A stretch of 31,681 bases of DNA from Candidatus Zixiibacteriota bacterium (GTDB taxonomy: Bacteria; Zixibacteria; MSB-5A5; GN15; FEB-12), in the NCBI GenBank assembly GCA_041742355.1, contig JBGSIV010000030.1, positions 1 through 31,681 on the forward strand. The letters run 5' to 3'. The first letter of the stretch is position 1. The number at the start of each line of letters is the position of its first letter. The notes beneath the pieces were generated by a model. The model was not told where the DNA came from. It ran no database searches and was given only the letters and a program-made list of their open reading frames with translations. Both the position numbers and the translations under genes were made by a program. Below, in pieces: positions 9,370-19,392 of this stretch.

Positions 9370-10695
9370 CTAATTGCACGGCGGCGGCGGCGGACCGGCC
9401 TTGAAAAGGAAATTGACAAGATAAGTTATGTCGCTGACCAGAATGCCGCTGCTATCATCCACATTTCCCTCCTCTATGTTGGCCGGGGCGACTCCACCGC
9501 CAAAGATGTACTTCACCAGGAAGGTCAGGTCGGCGACGTTTATGATCCCCTCAGGGTCCATCTTGCCGTCGGCATTCCCCCGGAGATAGCAGACAGAGTC
9601 GGTGACGAGCACAGGCACGCGGCAGAATACCGTATCGACGCCGTCGGTTTGGCCGATACGCACCGGGTAATAGCCCCGACAGGAGATCGTGGAATAGAAC
9701 GTGAACCGGCGATCTTCCAGAACGCAGGCTCCCTCCGGTGCTCCGCCGCAATCCGCCAGAAAGAGGGGGTAAGCCGGGCAGGCTGATTCGAATTCGTACT
9801 GCCCTGACGCCCCCCGCTCGATGTGCATGGGCCACAGGGAGGTGTCGGCGGAAAACTCCAGCCCGCCCTCACAGTGCGTCAACGTGATTATCTGCGACGC
9901 ACACGCCCCGCAGTCATCCGCCTGAATGAACAGCGTGTCCATGCGACCGAGATCCGCGGGCGTGGCGGTGATGTGCCACTCACGCGTACTGTCGTCGATG
10001 GTCACCAGCGATCCCGGGCCGTCGACGATGTCGAAAGAGGTGGGGCCGGTCCCAGGCGTCATGGCGTTGAGTGCCACAAACCGTCGGGAGTAAGGGCCGT
10101 TTACCGGCACGTGAATCTCCGCTACCGGATCGCGAAACACCGTTATTCCGCAGGGCAGCGGCTGCACCGCGAAAGTCTGCGCACCACTCCACTGGGGGAT
10201 AACGTTCCCGCGGTTTGTGGTCCACAGCCAGGCTCCTCCTGGGGGGAAGAAAGCCGTGTCGAGGTGGAGCATGCCCTCGCCCGCAACGATCATGTCGATG
10301 TACCACACATCCTGCGAGAAACCGGGGGGTATCCCGGGACCCATGATGGCAAAACCGCCATATCCAACGGTGTCCTCGCCAATGCCGTCGAAGCTGCGCC
10401 GATAGATGCCCATGTTGTCAAGATACTGCGTCCACCCGATCGGCAGCGTGTCTGCCTTGAGGTAGGTGATATGAGCATCTCCGGTGGCATAGAACTTAAA
10501 GCCGTTGGTGAGGCCGGTGATCGCCTCGCCGCTGGTGTTGGTGAGCCTGAAGGTGGCCCGCACCAGACAACCCGGGTTCACCTTCGCGGCGCCGTCCCAA
10601 TACGTGCCGCTCATCGTCATCGTGATATCGGACCCATAGGTTAACGGGGCCAAAATCACTATCACGGCCAGTGACAAAACGACACAGATCTTCAT
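9370..10695 (-). CDS. Secreted protein with N-terminal cohesin-like beta-sandwich, Ig-like middle and C-terminal dockerin-like domain
   Basis: ATG 10695 with GGGGAGGT RBS; signal peptide MKICVVLSLAVIVILAPLTYG; C-terminus RGNADG..NVADLTFLVKYIFGGG..GNVDDSSGILVSDITYLVNFLFKAGPPPPPCN. The cohesin-like call is pattern inference only. Confidence 0.8.
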   Translation of the reverse strand: MKICVVLSLAVIVILAPLTYGSDITMTMSGTYWDGAAKVNPGCLVRATFRLTNTSGEAITGLTNGFKFYATGDAHITYLKADTLPIGWTQYLDNMGIYRRSFDGIGEDTVGYGGFAIMGPGIPPGFSQDVWYIDMIVAGEGMLHLDTAFFPPGGAWLWTTNRGNVIPQWSGAQTFAVQPLPCGITVFRDPVAEIHVPVNGPYSRRFVALNAMTPGTGPTSFDIVDGPGSLVTIDDSTREWHITATPADLGRMDTLFIQADDCGACASQIITLTHCEGGLEFSADTSLWPMHIERGASGQYEFESACPAYPLFLADCGGAPEGACVLEDRRFTFYSTISCRGYYPVRIGQTDGVDTVFCRVPVLVTDSVCYLRGNADGKMDPEGIINVADLTFLVKYIFGGGVAPANIEEGNVDDSSGILVSDITYLVNFLFKAGPPPPPCN

Positions 10696-10771
10696 AGATA
10701 CCTCCCCGGAGTACGTGGCGGACTTCCTATACCCTTCACAGCGGGCGCCGTGGCTGAATCTGTCCACGTTC

Positions 10772-10800
10772 AATATGCCCCCGCTGACCGATTCTGTCAA
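10772..10800 (-). promoter_or_regulatory. Possible sigma70 promoter for the 9370..10695 gene
   Basis: Minus strand TTGACA (10800-10795) - 17 nt - CATATT (10777-10772). Confidence 0.4.
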
Positions 10801-10901
10801 GGTGTAATACTCGCCCCGAGATCGGTGGCCTTCCGGCCGAGCCCTTGATTCTCAGGGACTTCGGGGAACGGCATGAGAATGCAATTAGTTTATGATTGAG
10901 C

Positions 10902-10930
10902 TTGACGGTACTTGGCCCGATCTGTATAAT
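10902..10930 (+). promoter_or_regulatory. Sigma70 promoter of the tRNA pair
   Basis: TTGACG - 17 nt - TATAAT, ending 19 nt before the first tRNA. Confidence 0.85.
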
Positions 10931-10949
10931 AGTAAGCTAAAGCCCGGCG

Positions 10950-11023
10950 GGGCCCTTAGCTCAGTTGGTTAGAGCAGCTGACTCATAATCAGCGGGTCGC
11001 AGGTTCGAGCCCTGCAGGGCCCA
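10950..11023 (+). tRNA. tRNA with CAT anticodon, most likely tRNA-Ile2 (lysidine-modified); CCA not encoded
   Basis: Cloverleaf: acceptor GGGCCCT/AGGGCCC, D-arm GCTC/GAGC, anticodon arm GCTGA-CTCATAA-TCAGC, T-arm GCAGG-TTCGAGC-CCTGC, discriminator A. Paired G1-C72 and no GGG/CCC anticodon stem exclude fMet; overall resemblance is to E. coli ileX-type tRNA. Confidence 0.93.
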
Positions 11024-11055
11024 GTAAGTTGTGTGAGGACCGAAAGAAAAGTTTT

Positions 11056-11129
11056 GGGCAATTAGCTCAGCTGGTTAGAGCGTTCGGTTCACATCCGAGA
11101 GGTCACTGGTTCGAGTCCAGTATTGCCCA
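11056..11129 (+). tRNA. tRNA-Val(CAC); CCA not encoded
   Basis: Acceptor GGGCAAT/ATTGCCC, D-arm GCTC/GAGC, anticodon arm TTCGG-TTCACAT-CCGAG, T-arm ACTGG-TTCGAGT-CCAGT. Confidence 0.95.
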
Positions 11130-11241
11130 GATTCTTTGACAGACAGAGGTAATGACGTATTACACCGGGAATCATAAAGTCGGATTCGGCATCTGTCCCG
11201 CGCGAAAAGGGACCAGCCAAATCCCAAGGCGAGAAAATCAG

Positions 11242-11278
11242 GCGCATTCGACCAGGCAGACTGGCGGATGCGCTTTTT
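11242..11278 (+). terminator. Intrinsic terminator-like hairpin between the tRNAs and the Zn-ribbon gene
   Basis: GCGCATTCG-A-CCAG-GCAGA-CTGG-CGGATGCGC followed by TTTTT. Confidence 0.65.
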
Positions 11279-11330
11279 GATTCTGGAGAGGGCAATGAAC
11301 AATTCTCAGTCGACCAAGGAGACTGCTCAC

Positions 11331-12050
11331 ATGAATAACGACATCGAGCTGCTGCTCAAGCTTCAAGTGATCGACTACGATCTCGGCGAGCTGGAACGGT
11401 CGAAAGAGTATATCCCGGATATGATGGCCAACCTCAACCGGGAGATCAGCGAAGCGCAGGAAAAACTCGATACCGCCACCACCCAGTTGACCGAGGCCAA
11501 AGTCACCCAGCGCCACCTCGAGGTCGAAATCAAGGCCAAAGAGGGGGAACTGGCCCGCTTCCAGCAGCAGATGATGACCATCAAGACCAACAAGGAATAC
11601 GACGCCCTGGTGGCCCAGATCGACGCCGTCAAGAACGAAATCGGCTCCCGCGAACGCCAGCTCATGGACGCCATGGAGCGGATCGATGGACTGGAAAAAC
11701 TTCTCCCCGAGGTCACCGACCGCTGTACGCAGATCAAGGAGAACAATTCGCGCCAGCTCGAGGTTCTGCAGGAAAAGATCGACTCGATCGGCGGAACCGT
11801 CCTGAGCAAGCAGACCGAGCGCGACGATGTCCTGCGGGGTATCCCCAAGCGGACCATGTCGGTCTACGAACGGGTCCGCCGCGGCAAGGGGGGATCGGCG
11901 GTCGTGCCGGTTAAGAAACGCTCCTGCAGCGCCTGTCACAAGGCCCTGACTCCGAAACGGATCCAGGAAATCCGCCGCGCGACCGAGCCGATGACCTGCG
12001 AAAACTGCGGCCGCCTGCTGTACTGGGATGATGATATCTCGGAGTCCTGA
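11331..12050 (+). CDS. Coiled-coil protein with C-terminal C4-type zinc ribbon (CT398/CdsZ/HP0958 family, DUF164)
   Basis: AAGGAGA before ATG 11331; LLKLQVID start, long heptad coiled coil with KTNKEYDAL, then YERVRR..AVVPV...CSACH...CENCGRLLY. Confidence 0.9.
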   Translation: MNNDIELLLKLQVIDYDLGELERSKEYIPDMMANLNREISEAQEKLDTATTQLTEAKVTQRHLEVEIKAKEGELARFQQQMMTIKTNKEYDALVAQIDAVKNEIGSRERQLMDAMERIDGLEKLLPEVTDRCTQIKENNSRQLEVLQEKIDSIGGTVLSKQTERDDVLRGIPKRTMSVYERVRRGKGGSAVVPVKKRSCSACHKALTPKRIQEIRRATEPMTCENCGRLLYWDDDISES

Positions 12051-13559
<1,509 letters not shown>

Positions 13560-13626
13560 TTGTAATTGACTGGGGTACGGCCCGGGATCAAATTGCTAGT
13601 GCTTGTTGTGTAAATATAAATCGAAT

Positions 13627-14004
13627 GCTTGAGGAAGCAGGAGAGACAGTCGCGCTTTAAACGATGACGTCTTAAAGTGAGGAAAGTCCGAGCTCCGGAA
13701 AATCAGAGCGCCCGGTAACGCCGGGGCGGAGAAATCCGACGGAAAGTGCCACAGAAACGATACCGCCTGCCGCAAGGCCGGTAAGGGTGAAATCGTGGTG
13801 TAAGAGACCACGGCTATGCCCGGTAACGGGTATGGTGGGTAAACCCCGCTCGGAGCAAGGCCAAATAGGGGAACTGGGTTGATTTGCCCGCTACAGTTCC
13901 CGGGTGGGCCGCGCGGAGCGACCGGGTAACCGGTTCGCCAAGATAAATGACTGTCCCCCTGCCTCGCAGGGTACAGAACTCGGCTTATGTCCTGCTTCCC
14001 AAGC
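13627..14004 (+). ncRNA. rnpB: RNase P RNA, bacterial type A
   Basis: GAGGAAAGTCCGAGCTC, GGAAAGTGCCACAGAAA, AAGGGTGAAA..GGTGTAAGAG, GGTAAACCCC..GGAGCAAGGCCAAATAGG, AGATAAATGACTG, ACAGAACTCGGCTTA; P1 formed by GGAAGCAGGA / TCCTGCTTCC. Ends approximate. Confidence 0.97.
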
Positions 14005-14028
14005 CTTCAAAAACCTTTGGAGGCTGCC

Positions 14029-15774
14029 ATGAATGTGGCCCACCGGTCCAAGCCATTGAAATGGGTCGTGGCCGAAGAGCCCGATCCCGCCCTCGTCGAT
14101 TCGCTCTCGGCGGCGACCGGCATCCCCAAGAATATTATCAAGATTCTGGTGAACCGCGATATCCGGACCCCCGAGACGATCGACCGCTTTCTCAATCCCA
14201 AGCTCTCCGACCTCGAGGACCCTTTCACCCTCAAGGGCATGCGCGAAGGGATCGAACGTGTCACCCGGGCCCTTTTCCAGAACGAGAAGATCACCATTTA
14301 CGGCGATTACGATGTCGACGGCATCACCGCGACCGCCCTTTTGTACATGGTGCTCAATAAGCTCGGCGCCCAGGTTGATTTCTACCTGCCCAACCGTCTC
14401 ACCGAGGGGTACGGCCTCTCCAAGGAAGGGATCGACGAGTCCAAAGGGAACGGCGTCAGCCTGATTATCACGGTCGACACCGGTATCACCGCAGTCGAGG
14501 AGATCAAGTACGCCAACTCGATCGGGATCGACGTCCTCGTCACCGATCACCACGAACCGGGCGACGGCCTCCCGGCGGCCTACACGATCATCAATCCGAA
14601 GCAGATCGCCTGCGACTACAAGAGCGAGCTGTCCGGCGTCGGCGTGGCTTTCAAGTTCTGCCAGGCGCTCTACCGCGCCCTGAATCAGGACGAGGCGGAG
14701 CTCTGGGAGCACCTCGACCTGGTCGCCCTGGGGACCTCGGCGGATATAGTCCCTCTGGTGAACGAAAACCGTATCCTCACCAAGTTTGGCATCAACCAGA
14801 TCTCCCGCACGACCAAGCCGGGGCTCAAGTCCCTGACGTTTGTGGCCGGGCTCATGGGCAAGGATATCAGCACGGGCCAGGTGGTGTTCATTCTCGCGCC
14901 GCGCATCAACGCGCTGGGGCGGCTCGGTGATGCCGGCAAGGCGATCCGGTTGCTCGCCACGCGCGATGAACGCGCCGCCGCCGAAATCGCGCGCAAGCTC
15001 GACAGCGAAAACAAGCGCCGCAAGGAGATCGACGAGACCACACTCGAGGAAGCCCTCCTGCAGATGGAAGAAGTCTGCGACCCCGATGTCGACCGCGCTA
15101 TCGTCCTCGCCCAGGACAACTGGCACCAGGGCGTGATCGGGATTGTCGCTTCCCGCCTCGTGGAGCGTTTCCACCTGCCGACCGTCATGATCTCGATCGT
15201 CAACGGCGAAGGCAAGGGTTCGGCCCGGTCGATCCCCGGCTTCCACCTGTGCGAGGCGCTCAAGGAGTGCGAACACCTGCTGATCCGCTACGGCGGCCAC
15301 AAGTACGCGGCCGGCCTCTCGATCGCGCCGGACAAGGTCGAGCCTTTCCGCAAGCTCTTTGTCGATGTCTCCAACCGGATTCTCTCCGAGGAGGACATCA
15401 CCCCGAAGATGCACATCGACCTGGAAATCGAGCTAAGCGATATCGACGACAAGTTCATGGCCTCGATCGAGGCGTTCGCCCCCTTCGGCCCCCAGAACAT
15501 GCGTCCCGTCTTCCTCACCCGCAACTGCGAGGTGGTGGGCCAGCCGTACATAGTCGGCAACAACCACCTCAAGATGCGCCTGCGCAAGGGTGACGCCCAG
15601 TTCGACGTCATTGGGTTCGGCTTCGGCGACACCGCGCGGATGATTTCGGCGCGGGGATGCCTGGTCGACGCCGTGTATGTTGTCGAGTACAACACCTACA
15701 ACGGCGTGACCCGGAAACAGATTCGGCTGAAGGACATTCGCCTGACCGCCGGCACCGGCCCGATACCTGGCTGA
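14029..15774 (+). CDS. recJ: Single-stranded-DNA-specific exonuclease RecJ
   Basis: DHH motifs YGDYDVDG, TVDTG, TDHH, ALGTSAD, LAPRINALGR, GKGSARS, GGHKYAAG, APFGPQN. GGAGG before ATG 14029. Confidence 0.97.
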   Translation: MNVAHRSKPLKWVVAEEPDPALVDSLSAATGIPKNIIKILVNRDIRTPETIDRFLNPKLSDLEDPFTLKGMREGIERVTRALFQNEKITIYGDYDVDGITATALLYMVLNKLGAQVDFYLPNRLTEGYGLSKEGIDESKGNGVSLIITVDTGITAVEEIKYANSIGIDVLVTDHHEPGDGLPAAYTIINPKQIACDYKSELSGVGVAFKFCQALYRALNQDEAELWEHLDLVALGTSADIVPLVNENRILTKFGINQISRTTKPGLKSLTFVAGLMGKDISTGQVVFILAPRINALGRLGDAGKAIRLLATRDERAAAEIARKLDSENKRRKEIDETTLEEALLQMEEVCDPDVDRAIVLAQDNWHQGVIGIVASRLVERFHLPTVMISIVNGEGKGSARSIPGFHLCEALKECEHLLIRYGGHKYAAGLSIAPDKVEPFRKLFVDVSNRILSEEDITPKMHIDLEIELSDIDDKFMASIEAFAPFGPQNMRPVFLTRNCEVVGQPYIVGNNHLKMRLRKGDAQFDVIGFGFGDTARMISARGCLVDAVYVVEYNTYNGVTRKQIRLKDIRLTAGTGPIPG

Positions 15775-15778
15775 CTGT

Positions 15779-16723
15779 ATGACCGTCCTCGATCGCTTTC
15801 ACAGTGGTGACATCCGGGCGCTCTCGCGCATCGTCTCGTATGTCGAAGACCAGGAGAACGGCTATCGCGAGCTGCTCGGGCGGCTCTACCCGAAGGTCGG
15901 CCACTCCCTGCGCATAGGGATCACCGGTCCCCCCGGGGCCGGCAAATCCACGCTGGTCAACGGCCTCACCCACGAATTTCTGGCCAACGGCTGCCGGGTC
16001 GGTATTATCGCGGTCGACCCGACCTCTCCCTTTACCGGGGGCGCGCTCCTCGGCGACCGGGTGCGCATGAACGAATTTCCCGCCGACGGCCGTGTGTACT
16101 TCCGCTCCATGGCCACCCGCGGCGCCACCGGGGGGCTGGCCAGCGCCACCAACAACGTCTCGGTTGTCTACGACAGCTTCGGCTTCGACGTCACCCTGAT
16201 CGAGACTGTCGGTGTCGGCCAGGTCGAACTCGACATCATCAACGCCTGCGATGTCGTCGTGGTCGTGGTGGTGCCGGAATCGGGTGACGCCGTGCAGACG
16301 ATGAAGGCCGGGCTGATGGAGATCGCCGACATCTTCTGTGTCAACAAGGCCGACCGCCCCGGCGCAGAGCGCATCGCCCACGAACTGCGCTACGCCCTCG
16401 AAACCAAGAGACTCCCCGCGGACTCCTGGCGCGTGCCGATTGTCGCCACCGAGGGCCTTATCCGCAAAGGTGTGGACAAGCTCCACGCTAAGATCAGCGA
16501 GTTTGTCGCATTCACCAAGGAGCACGGGAAATTCGAATCCCACCGCCGCGACCAGATCAAAGAGCAGATCATCAACGTCTTGCGCTACCGCTTCGAGTGC
16601 GAGTTCATCGATCGCGTCGAGGCCGGCGATGAGTTCCAAGCGCAGCTCGACCGGATCTTCCAAGGGCAGACGGATCCCTATTCCGTGGGGGATGAGCTGT
16701 ACCGGAAGTACCGGGAAGGCTAG
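15779..16723 (+). CDS. meaB: Acyl-CoA mutase-associated GTPase chaperone MeaB (ArgK/MMAA family)
   Basis: GITGPPGAGKST, AVDPTSPFTGGALLGDRVRM, RSMATRG, IETVGVGQ, KAGLMEIAD, VNKAD. Confidence 0.95.
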   Translation: MTVLDRFHSGDIRALSRIVSYVEDQENGYRELLGRLYPKVGHSLRIGITGPPGAGKSTLVNGLTHEFLANGCRVGIIAVDPTSPFTGGALLGDRVRMNEFPADGRVYFRSMATRGATGGLASATNNVSVVYDSFGFDVTLIETVGVGQVELDIINACDVVVVVVVPESGDAVQTMKAGLMEIADIFCVNKADRPGAERIAHELRYALETKRLPADSWRVPIVATEGLIRKGVDKLHAKISEFVAFTKEHGKFESHRRDQIKEQIINVLRYRFECEFIDRVEAGDEFQAQLDRIFQGQTDPYSVGDELYRKYREG

Positions 16724-16784
16724 CTCGAGACAGTCACCCGATCCCGGTTTCGTCGGCCCCTCCGAGGCTCCGACACCCCATCTT

Positions 16785-18539
16785 CTACAGCACGCAATTC
16801 AGCGGTGGTGGGCCTCCCCGGAACAAATAGGCGACCAGATACGTCAGATCGGAAACCACCGCCATCCCGTCCCCATTGACATCAGCCTCATCCTCACACG
16901 GTAGTTCCTCGCCACCGCCGAACAGGTAGCCGACAAGGCGCGTGATGTCGGACACCAGAACCTTGCCATCCATGTTGACATCGCCGCGAATCCCCTGACA
17001 GCAGGATCCATAGGTCAGCCGCGGAGAACGCACCTTTGGCGTGTAATCCAGCAAGTCGCCCGTGAACGACGGCGCGTAGGTCGAATAGCCTCCGAGGTCT
17101 ATGTCGACCGTTTGTCCCGGCTCGCATGAACCGGTCGTGAAGTACAGCTTCACCAAGGGGCCCTCACCGGCCGGAAGATCCGCTATGGGCAGGCCGGGCG
17201 GAATGCTCAGGACGACGGCCGCCCGATGGTTGGCGGGGTCGAAGCTCACCCAGCTCTGACCGGGGAAGTAGCCGGTCCGGCATCCCGCCGTACTGAACGA
17301 ATCAAGGGTCAGATCCAGGCTGCCGCTGTAGCTGATCGGGATTTCGATCCGCCAGAGGGGAACGTGATTTCGACCGCCGATGACCACTTCGCAGGGAGCA
17401 TACGCGTCGACTATCTTGTCCGGCGATCGCATCGTATCGGCCAGCGCGATGACGTACTCGTTCCGCACGAAACGAAGATCAAGCTGACTGCTGACTACGT
17501 GCATCGCCACGTCGAACACGCCGGGGCTGTCGTAAGTGTGCACGGGCGATTGGACCGATGATGAATCCCCGTCCCCGAATGTCCAACCCCAGCTGTCGAC
17601 CGGAACGACCGATGTGCCGGTGAACTGAACCGTCACCGGCACATCACCCACCCGTGGGGTACCGCTGAATCCAACCCGCGGGATGAAGAAGTGGACGCCG
17701 TATATGCCCCAGCGGTTCCCTGTCGCCAGGCCCCTCCAGGCGAACCAATGGACGCCGTTGTCCCACGTGTCATGGATGGCGTACTGATTGGGGTTTTCCG
17801 AGTATCCGATTCCTGTCACGAAGTGGTCGGTACCGCCGTCACCATCGGTATCGACCAGCAGGACTACGGGCCGGCCGGCATCTATCTCGGCCTTATACGC
17901 GGCCCATGTCGAAGCGTCGTAGTACCACTCCTGCACGTCGAACAATCCTGCATACGACGGGTCAGCCCAGGTCGGATATTCAGTGAGCGCCACCGCCACG
18001 TCGCTGAACCAACTCTAGCCGTACAGGTTGAATGCCGAACTCCACGACGTTCTCATGAAATCCGCGACGCATGAACTGGGATGCGCCCCACCCGTCTGGG
18101 ACCGATCCGGCAGGGGAGAGCCGGAGCCGTCATCGATCGGGCACGAATAGTCCTGGTAGTGATCGGAATATCCTGCGCCGCAGCTCGGGTTGCCATGATC
18201 CGAAGCGATCATTGCGTTTACTGCACCATTCTGACTCCAGGCATCATCCCCGGCGACGAGATGATCGAACCCCTGCGTCTCCCAGTACCCGACCACCATC
18301 CCCGCGGCCGTCGGACCGCACCCGTGCTGCCATATGTACGCCGGGACATCCAGTACCACCGATGCCCGCTTGGGATGCTCCAGCCCCCGGTCGATGCCGG
18401 GCGGCGGCACCGGCCCGGTCGTGCTCTGCTGGGCGAGCGCCGGAAGAGAGAAGGCGAACGAGACGGCACAGAGGATCGCCAGTGGCGGAAGGAGAGTTGT
18501 TGCACGCCGGCGACAGGAGTGGCGGATCTTTGGCTTCAT
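16785..18539 (-). pseudogene. Secreted papain-like (C39/C10-like) cysteine peptidase + PKD + cohesin-like + dockerin-like protein, interrupted by an in-frame TAG at 18015-18017
   Basis: Track ORFs 18015..18575 and 16785..17999 are in the same frame, joined as ...FNLYG*SWFSDVAVAL.... GGGAGG before ATG 18539, signal peptide, HGCGPTAAGM (Cys), HFVTGIGY (His), HDTWD, PKD WTFGDG..SPVHTY..PG, dockerin RGDVNMDG..SDIT / ADVNGDG..SDLTYL. Confidence 0.8.
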
Positions 18540-18770
18540 GGAACCTCCCGAAAGCATCTTCGTTGTGCAGGACAACGTACTCTGCTAGTGGTGACAACAA
18601 CAAGATAGATGCAACGCCCCATTTTGCCAAGAGGAACCTCGTGGGATTGCCGGACGGTACGATAGAATCTCCGCCGGTTCGGCGATGCGCTGTACCGAGG
18701 GTACCGGGTGGCACAGCCCCGGTTTCCGGTCGCACGAAGCGTGTCCTTGCATGCTCATTCTCCCGCAAGT

Positions 18771-18920
18771 TCAGGCATACAGGAGCCTGATTTCTTCGTA
18801 ACTGAACGCCTTCTTAGAAGACTTCCTATCGGAGTTGCCAAGTCAGGCTCCAAGGAGCCTGACCTACGTCCACTAACGTCAGGTATCCTCAATGTCAGGA
18901 CCACAAGGGTCCTGACCTAC
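18771..18920 (-). repeat. GTAG-type REP-like palindromes (2 intact, 1 degenerate)
   Basis: Minus strand GTAG-GTCAGGCTC-CTTG-GAGCCTGAC (18842-18867) and GTAG-GTCAGGACC-CTTGT-GGTCCTGAC (18894-18920); degenerate TCAGGC..GCCTGA at 18771-18790. Confidence 0.75.
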
Positions 18921-18944
18921 AGGAAGAGCTCTCGTCTCGGGCGG

Positions 18945-19074
18945 CCCGCAGCAGAGCTGCGGGTTACCAAGTCAAGCAGGAATGTCATTTCAAGCTGCCC
19001 GCAGCAGAGCTGCGGGGTACCAGGTCAAGCAGGAATGTCATTCCAAGCTACCCGCAGCAGATCTGCGGGTTACC
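18945..19074. repeat. 53-bp tandem repeat carrying a GC hairpin (3 hairpins)
   Basis: CCCGCAG-CAGA(G/T)-CTGCGGG starts at 18945, 18998 and 19051; near-identical linkers containing GTCAAGCAGGAATGTCATT. Confidence 0.9.
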
Positions 19075-19255
19075 CGTTCCAAAACACTCTGTTCTATACT
19101 TACCGGGACGTCGGGGCAATCTCCATCAGTAGTTCAGTGAAAGTGCGCAGAATCGGGGGCGGTTTACTGTTGTGCGGGGGAGTGAATGCGATGAAGGATG
19201 AGGACTTAACTTTTCCGGCGCCAAATGACGTGTTTTTCAAAGGTCGGAAATAGCC

Positions 19256-19340
19256 GGCGGGGCGGGGACTTTCAGTAGTCGCAAGGCGGGGCGTGGACTC
19301 TCAGTAGTCGCAAGGCGGGGCGGGGGCTCTCAGTAGTCAC
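19256..19340. repeat. 29-bp tandem repeat (x3)
   Basis: GGCGGGGCG(G/T)GG(A/G)CT(T/C)TCAGTAGTC(GCAA) starting at 19256, 19285 and 19314. Confidence 0.9.
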
Positions 19341-19392
19341 GATTTGAGGATTGGGGTGGGGGGTGATTGGCTACCATCTGTGATCCGTCTAT

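Noticed and set aside
10950..11129. tRNA-targeted integrative element
   Set aside because: No duplicated tRNA 3' end and no integrase in the window. Absence of encoded CCA is common and unremarkable.
11255..11330. ZTP riboswitch suggested by GACTGGCGGA
   Set aside because: The downstream GTGG/CCAC stem and CGCCTGGGC pseudoknot partner are absent; the motif is part of the terminator stem.
18945..19340. Possible CRISPR arrays (53-bp and 29-bp periodic repeats)
   Set aside because: Intervening sequences are near-identical rather than unique spacers, there are only three units, and no cas genes are present.
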